Positions 50,178 to 59,335 of a DNA stretch of 64,000 bases are shown here, in pieces (within the stretch, counting starts at the first letter, position 1; every line of letters starts with the position of its first letter). This DNA is from Candidatus Micrarchaeia archaeon (GTDB lineage Archaea > Micrarchaeota > Micrarchaeia > Burarchaeales > JACRGF01), in contig JAWAFC010000002.1 in the NCBI GenBank assembly GCA_038890815.1, forward strand, positions 41,067 to 105,066, written 5' to 3'. The notes under the pieces were generated by a model. That model had not been told where the DNA came from. It did not search any database and saw nothing but the letters and a program-made list of their open reading frames with translations. A program made the position numbers and the translations under genes.

Positions 50178-51856
50178 CTCTTGCTCACCATGATGTTTCC
50201 CATTACGAGATGTCTAAGCCCAGACCGCTCCATTGTGTAAAGCGCATCTGTAGGCGAGCACACCATCGGCTCACCATGGAGGTTGAAGCTCGTGTTCAGC
50301 ACGCCACCGATTCCTGTCTCTTTTTCAAAATATTCCAGTATCCTGTAGTAGTCAGGATTGCTCCAATTTTCGAGTATTTGTGGCCTGAGTGTGAAATCGG
50401 CGGGATGCATGGCCGCGACAAGCTCCTTGCGCGCGAGCGGCTTCGAGCGGAAGGCCATTATCATGTAAGGTGCAGGAATCTTTTTCGGATTGATAAGATA
50501 GTCATCTGCTCTTTCCGCGGACAGCGTGGGCGCAAATGGCATCCAAAAGTCCCTGCTCTTTATCTGCTCGTTGATGATGCGTACGGTCTCCCATGTGCTT
50601 GGGTTTGCGAGAATTGCCCGGTTCCCGAGACTCCGTGCACCCCATTCCATTCTGCCGGAGCAGCGTGCGACTATCTCGCCCTCAGCAAGTAGGCCCGCGA
50701 TTTCTTTGGCGATATTCTTACATCGTCTTACATCGTAGTTTTTCCCGAGACGCGCGAGTGCCTCCTTGATTTCTTTTTCGCCGAACTCCATCCCTAAGTA
50801 GAGGTCCTTTAGTGGTGTAGTAGGCGCGTCCTGTCCAGCCAATTCCTTGTAGGCGTAGAATACCGCACCGAAGGGCGTACTTTCGTCTCCGCATGATGGC
50901 AACGGGTAGAGTTCCTCCACTTCTGGAAGTTCGCTGATGAGCATGTTAGCCTTGACGTTCATGAAAACGCCACCTGAGAGAATAACACGCCTTACGCCTG
51001 TTTTTTTTACTGCAGCTCTCACCCACCTCACAAGCAGGTCTTCTGTCAGCCGCTGCACACTCGCTGCAATGTTATCGAACCTCTCGTGTTTGAGCATTTC
51101 ATCTAGATAGAAGAGCGAGCGCTGTGTGTTAAAAGCCGACTTGAACGAGAGCTCGTTCTCATCTAACCAAATCATGGGCTTAAACACCCTCTCATAAGTC
51201 TTTTTGTAATACTCTTTCGCATAGGGCGCGAGGCCCATGAGTTTGTACTCATGCTCGAGTGGCTTCATTCCCATATAGATTGTTGTCGCGGCGTACACAA
51301 GGCCAATTGAGGCCTCCAGCGGTGTTGCGGCGATCCTTCTGATTCTTCCCTCGCGCGCAATGTTGACCGTCGCGCACAGGCCATCTCCCTCGCCATCGAG
51401 CGTGAGCACGAGGGCTTCCTCGATTCCATCAGTCATGCCAAAATAGCCCGCATAGGCATGACAGGTATGGTGGTCTATGAAATGGATTTTACTCTCCGGA
51501 ACGCCAAGTCTTTTCAAGAGGATTTTTTTAACTGCCTTTCTGCCAGCCGCGCTCCTTCTTTTCCGAATAAAGTGAACAAGTGGGAGGGCAATGACGCGAA
51601 GAATCGGGTGGGCGTAGTCTATTGTTGCCCAAATGCTTCTTGCGGCGCTCGGCATGCCAAGTGCAACCCCACGTGCCTTTTCGTAGTCGGAATGATTTTC
51701 TGTCGAAACGACCGCAACCGCATCCAATTCTTCGCCCGTGATCCCCTCGCTTTCAAGAACCCATTTCCACGAATTTGCGGGTACTGCGTCCTCATTTTTC
51801 CTGCGCGTAAACCTTTCCTCGCTCACCGCCCTAACTATTTTTCCGTCTTTGAGCAA
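50174..51856 (-). CDS. NodU/CmcH-family carbamoyltransferase (COG2192). The annotated TTG start truncates a conserved N-terminus; an in-frame ATT at complement 51899-51901 may be the true start.
   Basis: ...LLKDGKIVRAVSEERFTRRKNEDAVP matches the family N-terminal block. The 14 codons upstream in-frame (IYILGIVFGHNSTVA) match the family consensus M-Y-I-L-G-I...H-D-S-A-A, with ATT in place of ATG. Confidence 0.7.
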   Translation of the reverse strand: MLKDGKIVRAVSEERFTRRKNEDAVPANSWKWVLESEGITGEELDAVAVVSTENHSDYEKARGVALGMPSAARSIWATIDYAHPILRVIALPLVHFIRKRRSAAGRKAVKKILLKRLGVPESKIHFIDHHTCHAYAGYFGMTDGIEEALVLTLDGEGDGLCATVNIAREGRIRRIAATPLEASIGLVYAATTIYMGMKPLEHEYKLMGLAPYAKEYYKKTYERVFKPMIWLDENELSFKSAFNTQRSLFYLDEMLKHERFDNIAASVQRLTEDLLVRWVRAAVKKTGVRRVILSGGVFMNVKANMLISELPEVEELYPLPSCGDESTPFGAVFYAYKELAGQDAPTTPLKDLYLGMEFGEKEIKEALARLGKNYDVRRCKNIAKEIAGLLAEGEIVARCSGRMEWGARSLGNRAILANPSTWETVRIINEQIKSRDFWMPFAPTLSAERADDYLINPKKIPAPYMIMAFRSKPLARKELVAAMHPADFTLRPQILENWSNPDYYRILEYFEKETGIGGVLNTSFNLHGEPMVCSPTDALYTMERSGLRHLVMGNIMVSKR

Positions 51857-51921
51857 AGCTACTGTGCTGTTGTGGCCGAAGACTATCCCTAAAATATAAA
51901 TAGTTCCACCCGGTACTTATT

Positions 51922-53097
51922 ATGTGTGCGAGGTTTAAAAAAATGATTCGCGTTTTTTTCAACCTGTCTCCGCGCCACAGGGTTCGCTTCCGCGAGACTG
52001 TCTGGCATCCACCTCCAGGAGTTATCTATGTGAACAAAATCCCTCCCACCTGGAAGGATACAAACATCAGCCCGGCAGATCCACTGCGAGAGCGTGCTAC
52101 AAATCTTTTGAAAAAAGTTATTGATATTTTCCGTATTCCGAACATCCGCCTCGCCCGTCCGAACCTCCCATGCGACCTTATCCATGCACCCGGCCAGCTT
52201 TTGCTCAATCGCCAGCAGTGGGTGACAGAGATTGACAACCCTGCGGTTCTCACTCTTTATAATCTCAACACGCTCTACTCACGAATAGGTCAGTTTTGGA
52301 TAAAGCGATTTCTCCGCTCACGCCACTGCGGAGGGGTTATTGCTATTAGCCAGGCGGCAAAAAAAAGCCTTGCGAATGTTCTACGTGATGATGAAATAAA
52401 CTCAAAAACTTCTGTTGTTTATCCTTTCGTACGTCTCTCGCCCTTTAGGAAAAAGCCGAGCGAGCACATCCGTCTCCTGTATGTGAGCACTAGTTTCTTC
52501 CGCAAGGGGGCGCGCGAGCTCCTCAAGGCATTCGAGAGGCTTAACAAGATGTTCCCCAATAAGCTTTCGCTCACTCTTGTCACAAACGCCCCCAAGGAAT
52601 ACATCTCACGCTATTCACGTTTTCCCAACATCCGTCTCCTTCCCGCAAACATTCCGAAGGAAATTCTTTATCGCGACTTTTTTTCGGATGCCGACATTTT
52701 TGTTGTTCCGACTTACCAGGACAGCTTCGGCCTCGTCAATCTCGAGGCCATGAGCGCCGGCCTGCCAGTTGTTGCTACTGATCTTTTCGCACTACCCGAG
52801 ATGGTAGAAGACGGTAGAAACGGCTTCCTGCTACCGTGCCCCATACCTTATTTTAGGCCGGATTACACACCGAATCCTGCCGTATGGTCATTGAACTTGG
52901 AGGAGTACTGCAGCCGAAAGGAGTTTCCGGAAATAGTCAATGGGCTGATCGAAAAGTTGACCATACTCATTGAGGACGAAAAACTCAGGAGGCAAATGGG
53001 CGAACGCTCACTGAAAGCTGTTAAGGAAGGAAAGTTCAGCGAGAAAGTTCGCGCGGCCTCACTTATTCAAGCTTACCGCCGCGCGTTGGGTGAGTGA
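51922..53097 (+). CDS. Family-4 glycosyltransferase; start uncertain
   Basis: The C-terminal GT4 signature [39 protein letters not shown] (E-x7-E) is present. The N-terminal ~35 aa of the track ORF may be a 5' over-extension. Confidence 0.65.
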   Translation: MCARFKKMIRVFFNLSPRHRVRFRETVWHPPPGVIYVNKIPPTWKDTNISPADPLRERATNLLKKVIDIFRIPNIRLARPNLPCDLIHAPGQLLLNRQQWVTEIDNPAVLTLYNLNTLYSRIGQFWIKRFLRSRHCGGVIAISQAAKKSLANVLRDDEINSKTSVVYPFVRLSPFRKKPSEHIRLLYVSTSFFRKGARELLKAFERLNKMFPNKLSLTLVTNAPKEYISRYSRFPNIRLLPANIPKEILYRDFFSDADIFVVPTYQDSFGLVNLEAMSAGLPVVATDLFALPEMVEDGRNGFLLPCPIPYFRPDYTPNPAVWSLNLEEYCSRKEFPEIVNGLIEKLTILIEDEKLRRQMGERSLKAVKEGKFSEKVRAASLIQAYRRALGE

Positions 53098-53098
53098 A

Positions 53099-55033
53099 TT
53101 GTGCGGAATAGGTGGAATCTACTGTTTCAATGGTGGAAAAGTACGAAAGGCCGCTCTTAAAAGTATGATCTCGGTCCTGCGCCACAGGGGGCCGAACGGC
53201 TGTGGTGTGAGGGTCTTCGACTCGGCAGGCCTTGCTCATACACGCCTAAGCATTATCGACCTTTCGAAGCGCGCCACACAGCCAATGAGCAATGAGGATG
53301 GCAACTTATGGATCGTGCTTAATGGCGAAGTATACAACTACCGTAAGCTCAGAAGCGAGCTCACGCAAAAAGGCCACCGTTTCAGGAGCGCGAGCGACAC
53401 TGAGGTCATTCTCCATCTTTATGAAGAAGAGGGCGAGCGTTGCTTGTCACGCCTACGCGGAATGTTCGCATTCGCGCTTTACGACAGAAGAAAGAACGAA
53501 ATGTTTCTCGCACGCGACAGGATAGGCGAGAAGCCTCTCGTATATGGGATTTTCAATAACGTTCTATATTTCGCCTCGGAGATTCCCGCCATTCTCAATG
53601 CTTCCGGCTGTCCTAGAGAAATCGACCTTGAGGCTCTCCATCATTACTTCTCTGATTCTTGGTATCATCCCCCCGCGCCCTACACGATCTTTAAGGGAAT
53701 TAGGAAGCTGCCAGCTGGTTGCTTCGCGCGCGCCACAAGAGAGGGACTCTGCATCAGGAAATATTGGTCTCTCGACTTTGGCAGAAAAAGCAAGGCAAGT
53801 GAGGCCGAGTTGTGCAGAAGCCTGCGCAATAGGTTGCGCGAGGCAGTGAGATTGCAACTCGAGAGCGATGTGCCAGTTGGCATCATGCTGTCTGGTGGCA
53901 TCGACTCTTCCTCCATAGTGCTGGCCATGCGCGAGCTTGGGGTGCAGACCATCCGCTCTTTTGCTGTTGGCTTCAGCAAGGATGACGAGGAGCTACAGCG
54001 TGCGCGCCTCGCAGCAAAATTTTTTGGCACAAAACATACCGAGCTCATAATAAAGGCCGATGATATCTCACGCTTGCCAGAGATGATCGCGCTTTATGGA
54101 GAGCCCATCAGTCTGTTGCCTGCGTTCTACACGTTCGAGCTCTCAAGGCTCATGAATCGACATGTCACGGTTGTGCTCACTGGCAACGGCGGCGATGAGC
54201 TCTTCGGAGGATACGACTACTATAACAGAGTGCGCCTACTCTCTATTCTCTCACGTATTGATTTCCTTTTACCGCATTCTCTGTTTGGACTAGCCGGCAG
54301 AGCGCTCGGCGCGCTCTTTACAAAAGGCTTTCTTTCCGAAATCGCATTGGGCTTGCGTATTCTTGGTAGCAGTTTTTTCAAGAGAAAGGGCTTGTCGGCT
54401 CGCGAGGATGGCGAGCGGCTCCGCCGTTCTCTCTACTCCCCGGCAGTGCGTGAAAAACTGGCACGCTCGGATACTGGAAGACTGCTCGATGACGCTTTCG
54501 CCGAACCGCAGTGCGGAAGCTACTTTGATCGTGTGCTATACGCAGACCTGACCGTAGGCAACTCGCACTCCGTAGTGGTCTCAAGCGACGTGGGCGGCAT
54601 GGCACACGCGCTTGAGATGCGCTCCCCTTTTCTCGACCCAGGGCTTCTTGAGTTCTCCTCCATCCTGCCTGAACGAATGAAAGTTCGTTCTCTTTTTGAC
54701 CCCTCACAGAACAAGTACATCCTCAAGAAAGCTATTGAGAGCGATGTGCCCGCGGAGATCGTATCTGCAAAAAAAATGGGCTTCGGGTTCAACATTCCTT
54801 GGCGTGCCTGGATGAAAACGAAGTGGAGGCGCACCATACATAGCCTGTTGTTTGATGGCTCGCTTGCCCGCTCGGGTCTGTTCGACATGAACTTCGTTAA
54901 AAAAATTTTTGAAGAGAATTCAAGCGGAAGAGCAGACCACTCTAGACTACTTTTTGCTCTAGTTGTCTTCTCGATCTGGTACAAGCTCTTTATTGAGCGC
55001 GTTTCTGTGAAAAGACTAAAACTTAAATTCTGA
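53099..55033 (+). CDS. asnB: Asparagine synthetase-like glutamine amidotransferase, paralogue 2 (TTG start placing Cys at position 2)
   Basis: From TTG 53099 the product begins (M)CGIGGIYCF. The track start at GTG 53090 would place the catalytic Cys at position 5, which is incompatible with Ntn amidotransferases. The PP-loop is MLSGGIDSSSIV. Confidence 0.75.
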   Translation: MCGIGGIYCFNGGKVRKAALKSMISVLRHRGPNGCGVRVFDSAGLAHTRLSIIDLSKRATQPMSNEDGNLWIVLNGEVYNYRKLRSELTQKGHRFRSASDTEVILHLYEEEGERCLSRLRGMFAFALYDRRKNEMFLARDRIGEKPLVYGIFNNVLYFASEIPAILNASGCPREIDLEALHHYFSDSWYHPPAPYTIFKGIRKLPAGCFARATREGLCIRKYWSLDFGRKSKASEAELCRSLRNRLREAVRLQLESDVPVGIMLSGGIDSSSIVLAMRELGVQTIRSFAVGFSKDDEELQRARLAAKFFGTKHTELIIKADDISRLPEMIALYGEPISLLPAFYTFELSRLMNRHVTVVLTGNGGDELFGGYDYYNRVRLLSILSRIDFLLPHSLFGLAGRALGALFTKGFLSEIALGLRILGSSFFKRKGLSAREDGERLRRSLYSPAVREKLARSDTGRLLDDAFAEPQCGSYFDRVLYADLTVGNSHSVVVSSDVGGMAHALEMRSPFLDPGLLEFSSILPERMKVRSLFDPSQNKYILKKAIESDVPAEIVSAKKMGFGFNIPWRAWMKTKWRRTIHSLLFDGSLARSGLFDMNFVKKIFEENSSGRADHSRLLFALVVFSIWYKLFIERVSVKRLKLKF

Positions 55034-56528
55034 TTGCACCTCTCGCTATTTTCAGTAGTTCGGCGGGTTCCACTGCCCTGAAAAGAAAAAGTAGCAGGCC
55101 GTAGGCAAGTGTGGCGACCAGACCAAAAAACAGTAATATCCTCCAGCTGGATTCGAAACCGGCGAGAAGCTGTGAGAGCACGAGCAGGCAGATGAGAGAG
55201 GCCACGGCTGGCTTGAGCAGAAGTTGTACGTCGAACGGAATGTCCGCGTGCCTGAGCGCGTAGGCTGTAATAACTCCTGCAGACAGGAACTTCATTGCCA
55301 GTATGGATGCCACTATTCCCATTAGGCCGAACACCGGAATAAGCGTTACATAGAGGAGGACCTGAAGAACGGTGGTAGCGAAGTTTATTCGTGCGGATAT
55401 GTCAATCCTTCCTGTGCCTGTCAGTAGCATGTCTGCAGCCTGAAAGAGTGTGAAGGCAATTGTCAGAGGCGACAGATAGACAAGAAGCGTGCTGGCCTCC
55501 GCATACTGAATCCCATAAACTAATTTCACAAAGCCCGGTGCGAGTAGGGCTATGCCCAATACTGCCCAAAAAGAAAAGGCGAGCCCATACTGTAGTGTCT
55601 TTTTGTACATTACCGCTTTCTTCTCAGGTTTCCTTGCATAAGAAGAAACAAAAACAGCCGAGCTGAACGGGAACACTGAGTTAGGGAAGTTTGCCCACGA
55701 AAAGGCTGTTCGAAAAATGCCAATAGCAGAGGCAGGCAAGAAGAGCGCCGTTATCGGCGCGTCGATAAACATAGAAATAAGATAGTTAAACGTAACAAGC
55801 GTGCCATAAGCGAAATATCTCCTTACAACCTTCGGCATACCCTCAATCGTTGTCTCGAAATTCGGGAAAAGAACCCTTCTCTTTGCATAAAGCAGCGCAA
55901 TCGCGAGTGTCAGGCTCGCTGCAGCTGACAGCACGAAAGCCCAGAGCACGCTCACAAAACCCCCAAATGCAAAGAAAAAGATGAACGGAAGGATTGCCCT
56001 TAGCCCAAAGTGTGTCGCGGTTGTCAGGAAAGTGTAAAACGATTTTCTGAGAGCCGAGAACACCGTAGCATAAAACCCAGACAATGAGTAGAGTGCAGTA
56101 AGAAGAGCGCTCACCTTAATTGGTTCCGAAAGGGACGGATTCTTGAGGCCGAGGGCTATCCATGGCGCTAGGAGAAAAAGGAGTGCTGCAGCGAGCGCCG
56201 ACAGCATCCACTTAGATTTCTCGAAGAACCTGAAGTACGCCCACGCACGCTCGCCGTGTCTCTGGGGGATAAAGTAGAGGGCTGCCATTCCGATGCCGAA
56301 CTCGGTGAAGAACAACCACAGGCTCGAGACTGCTATCACTAGGGAGAGCAGGCCGAACCCCTCGCTTCCCAACAGCGTAGGAAAAAACCACACGTATACG
56401 AGGCTTGTCACTACTGTGGAGTACTGCGCTGCGACCGCGAAAACGTTCTCACGCGCCACTACCAAATACCATGGGGGTTTTTTCTTCATTGCCTCACGGG
56501 CATCTTCCACACATGAAAATGAACCCAT
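55023..56528 (-). CDS. Wzx-like oligosaccharide flippase (MOP/polysaccharide biosynthesis protein family)
   Basis: Start at MGSFSCVEDA (complement 56526-56528), 2 nt after the stop of the upstream gene. About 14 TM helices, with the family architecture. Confidence 0.65.
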   Translation of the reverse strand: MGSFSCVEDAREAMKKKPPWYLVVARENVFAVAAQYSTVVTSLVYVWFFPTLLGSEGFGLLSLVIAVSSLWLFFTEFGIGMAALYFIPQRHGERAWAYFRFFEKSKWMLSALAAALLFLLAPWIALGLKNPSLSEPIKVSALLTALYSLSGFYATVFSALRKSFYTFLTTATHFGLRAILPFIFFFAFGGFVSVLWAFVLSAAASLTLAIALLYAKRRVLFPNFETTIEGMPKVVRRYFAYGTLVTFNYLISMFIDAPITALFLPASAIGIFRTAFSWANFPNSVFPFSSAVFVSSYARKPEKKAVMYKKTLQYGLAFSFWAVLGIALLAPGFVKLVYGIQYAEASTLLVYLSPLTIAFTLFQAADMLLTGTGRIDISARINFATTVLQVLLYVTLIPVFGLMGIVASILAMKFLSAGVITAYALRHADIPFDVQLLLKPAVASLICLLVLSQLLAGFESSWRILLFFGLVATLAYGLLLFLFRAVEPAELLKIARGAIRI

Positions 56529-56530
56529 CA

Positions 56531-57229
56531 CTATTTTTTCCCTACATACAAAAGCTCGGAGCCGTTTCCTGGGAGAAAAGGGCCTCCCGGAAGCAAGTAG
56601 CTCAACATGAACATGCGGTAACTGAAAGATTCGCACACAACTGTTTTGAACCCGCTTATCTCAAGTGCTTGCCTAAGCGACAGTCTTGTAAACGGCTTTA
56701 CGTGCGTGGGGTCCGACCAAAAGCTGAATCCCACTTTTTCAATGTCCGGAGTCCGAATGATGATTATGCCGTCCCTTTTTAGTCGGCTGTGGAGACCTTT
56801 AAGCACTGAAACAGGGTCATCCAGATGCTCCAGAACATGGTTTAGGATTAGCACGTCCACAGAATTTTTTGCCAAAGGAATCTTTTTCCGCACGTCAGCC
56901 TGACAGAAAACAATCCCTTTTGCTTCTAGTTTTTTTCTGTATGTCGCATCGATATCCACCGCAATCTTTTCCTTTATCCTCCGGTCCATCAGAGAGAGCG
57001 CCCAGCCATCGCCAGGCCCAATCTCCACAACCGACAGGCCTGGTTTGTTGCAGTACCGGTCAATAAAAAATTTCAGAAATACCGCGTAGTGGTTTTTTTG
57101 TCCAATTTGTGAGACAGCCTTCCTTTCCAACAAGTAGGTAATCCACCTGGAAAGCAATCCCTTCTTTTCCCGATATCTCTCTGCGACCTTTAGGTATCCC
57201 ATTGAATTCGCCTTACCTCCTTTTTTCAT
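56531..57229 (-). CDS. Class I SAM-dependent methyltransferase
   Basis: VVEIGPGDGWALSLM glycine-rich SAM motif I, followed by DVLILNHVLEHL (motif II/III). Confidence 0.6.
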   Translation of the reverse strand: MKKGGKANSMGYLKVAERYREKKGLLSRWITYLLERKAVSQIGQKNHYAVFLKFFIDRYCNKPGLSVVEIGPGDGWALSLMDRRIKEKIAVDIDATYRKKLEAKGIVFCQADVRKKIPLAKNSVDVLILNHVLEHLDDPVSVLKGLHSRLKRDGIIIIRTPDIEKVGFSFWSDPTHVKPFTRLSLRQALEISGFKTVVCESFSYRMFMLSYLLPGGPFLPGNGSELLYVGKK

Positions 57230-57959
57230 GGCGCGTCCCGCCAGGAGGAAGTACCCCCTCCATCATCCTGTTCGCCGCGCGGTAGCTCTCTATTGTGCCT
57301 ATGTCGAGCCAGTAGTCTGGGTCATACACGAAGCCAGCGAGCCTGCCTTCCCTTGCGAGCTTTGGGAATACCACCTCCTCCACCTTTGCTTTCCTGTGCG
57401 GGAGGAGCTCGAGCACACTCTTGCTAAGGACATAATAGCCAGCATTGGCTAGGTTGCTGGGCGCTTCCTCCTTCCTCGGCTTCTCCACAAACTTCGTGAC
57501 TAAGTCGTCCTTAAGCTCGGCAATGCCGAACCTGCTTACCTCATGCCACGGAACCCTGAACAGCGCTATTGTAGCGAGCTTTTCTTTTTTCCTATGGAAT
57601 TTCACCATCTCTCCAATGTCTATATTCGTAACATTGTCCCCGTACGCCACGACAATATCCTCGTTTATCTCCTTTTCCACGCACACAGCCCTCAGGTCGC
57701 CACCTGTTTCCCATCCAAGCGTCTGTACTGTCTCGATCACGATGTTGTCACGGGGAGTGTGCCTGAGATAATTTTCCAGCGTCTCGCGCATGTGCGACAC
57801 TGCTACATAAATTGTTTTGATTTCCCTACAGGTAAGGAGGTTATCGATAACGTAGTCGATGACTGGTTTCCCTCCAACGGGCAGAAGTGGTTTTGGGATA
57901 GCATATGTCAGTGGGCGAAGCCTCGTCCCTTTCCCTGCAGCCAATATTACAGCCTTCAT
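57213..57959 (-). CDS. Sugar-phosphate nucleotidyltransferase (glucose-1-phosphate thymidylyl/uridylyl-transferase-like)
   Basis: Start at MKAVILAAGKGTRLRPLTYAIPKPLLPVGGKPVIDYVIDNL. The track ORF start at 58043 would overlap the upstream ugd gene. Confidence 0.7.
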   Translation of the reverse strand: MKAVILAAGKGTRLRPLTYAIPKPLLPVGGKPVIDYVIDNLLTCREIKTIYVAVSHMRETLENYLRHTPRDNIVIETVQTLGWETGGDLRAVCVEKEINEDIVVAYGDNVTNIDIGEMVKFHRKKEKLATIALFRVPWHEVSRFGIAELKDDLVTKFVEKPRKEEAPSNLANAGYYVLSKSVLELLPHRKAKVEEVVFPKLAREGRLAGFVYDPDYWLDIGTIESYRAANRMMEGVLPPGGTRHEKRR

Positions 57960-57963
57960 CTTT

Positions 57964-59280
57964 TCACCCAACGCTTTTCCTCCCAATCCCCCTGTAGCAA
58001 AGACCGGCAAGTGCTTTTCTTGGTAGCACGTCTCTTCCTTCAATCACGACCGCTGGCTTGCTGGCCATAAGCGAAAAGTCCTTTTGAGAAAGCCGCTTAT
58101 ATTCTTTCCATGCTGTAAGGATGATGCATGCATCAGAACCCTTCAACGCAGCATGCGCGCTTTCGGCATATGCAATTTTTTCACCGAAGGTATTTTTCGC
58201 GTTCTCCATTGCTTTTGGATCATGCGCTATGACCGAAGCGCCCTCCTTTAGCAGCGCAGGGATCACTTTCAGAGATGGCGCCTCCCTCATGTCGTCAGTA
58301 TTCTCTTTGAAGGCAAGGCCTAGCACCGCGATGCGCTTCCCGCGCAAAGTCCCGAGCGCTTCCTTTGCCAGCTCGATTGTTTTGAGCGGCTGCTGTGCAT
58401 TCACATCCAGCACGGCCTGGATTATCCTTGGCTCAACGCCTACGCTCCTGGCTGTGTGCGCAAGTGAGGCAACATCCTTTGGAAAGCAGCTTCCGCCGAA
58501 GCCAACGCCAGCATTCAAGAAGGCCCGTCCGATCCTCCTGTCGAGACCCATGCCATCAGCAATATCATATACATCAATTCCGAGCTTCTGGCAGATGTTC
58601 GCAATCTCATTGATAAAGGAAATTTTTGTGGCAAGAAAGGCGTTGCTTGCGTACTTTATCATCTCGGCAGTCCGCCAGTCAGTCTGCAGGAAAGGACACT
58701 TGAAACGTGTGTAGAGCTTGCGCATCGCAGTGACATCCATTTTATTCTGCGCTCCGACGACAATCCTGTCCGGGTTGAAGAAATCGAAAACTGCATTTCC
58801 TTCTCTGAGAAACTCCGGGTTGGCACACGCGCCGAAGCCATCACCGAATTTTTTTCCGCTCGTCTTCTCAATTATCCCAACAATTTTTTCTGTAGTGCCC
58901 GGTGGGACTGTGCTCTTGACAACAACTACCGGGCGTTTTTTGCTTTCCGCGAGCGCCCTGCCAATGTTCGAGGCTGCCTCCTCAACAAACCGCAGGTCTG
59001 TCGAGCCATCCGCTCTGCTCGGTGTGCCTACGCAGATGAAGACTATCTCCGACTCAGCAATCGCGCTTTTTCCATTGGTCGTTGCCGATAGCTTTTTTCT
59101 CTTAACATTTTTTCTGATCAGCACGTCGAGGCCAGGCTCGAATACGGGCGCGCGTCCGCTGTTGATGGCATTTACCTTTTCTTTGTCAACATCAATGCAC
59201 GTTACGTGGTTGCCCAGCTCGGCTAGTCCAGCAGCCTGCACAGAGCCGACATAGCCAACGCCGACAACAGCGATTCTCAT
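57964..59280 (-). CDS. ugd: UDP-glucose 6-dehydrogenase
   Basis: MRIAVVGVGYVGSV Rossmann start, the catalytic Cys region GFGGSCFPKD, and the C-terminal VLGLAFKENTDDMREAPS block. Confidence 0.8.
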   Translation of the reverse strand: MRIAVVGVGYVGSVQAAGLAELGNHVTCIDVDKEKVNAINSGRAPVFEPGLDVLIRKNVKRKKLSATTNGKSAIAESEIVFICVGTPSRADGSTDLRFVEEAASNIGRALAESKKRPVVVVKSTVPPGTTEKIVGIIEKTSGKKFGDGFGACANPEFLREGNAVFDFFNPDRIVVGAQNKMDVTAMRKLYTRFKCPFLQTDWRTAEMIKYASNAFLATKISFINEIANICQKLGIDVYDIADGMGLDRRIGRAFLNAGVGFGGSCFPKDVASLAHTARSVGVEPRIIQAVLDVNAQQPLKTIELAKEALGTLRGKRIAVLGLAFKENTDDMREAPSLKVIPALLKEGASVIAHDPKAMENAKNTFGEKIAYAESAHAALKGSDACIILTAWKEYKRLSQKDFSLMASKPAVVIEGRDVLPRKALAGLCYRGIGRKSVG

Positions 59281-59335
59281 ATAATGTCTTTGGCATGTAA
59301 TTATTAATGTACATTTCTACTAAGCTAAGAAAAGC

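Noticed and set aside
51891-51902. aaaatataaata as a TATA box for the carbamoyltransferase or GT4 genes
   Set aside because: This A/T run is in-frame coding sequence (I-Y-I-L) of the conserved carbamoyltransferase N-terminus. The more plausible shared promoter element is the tttaaaaaaa tract at ~51935-51947.
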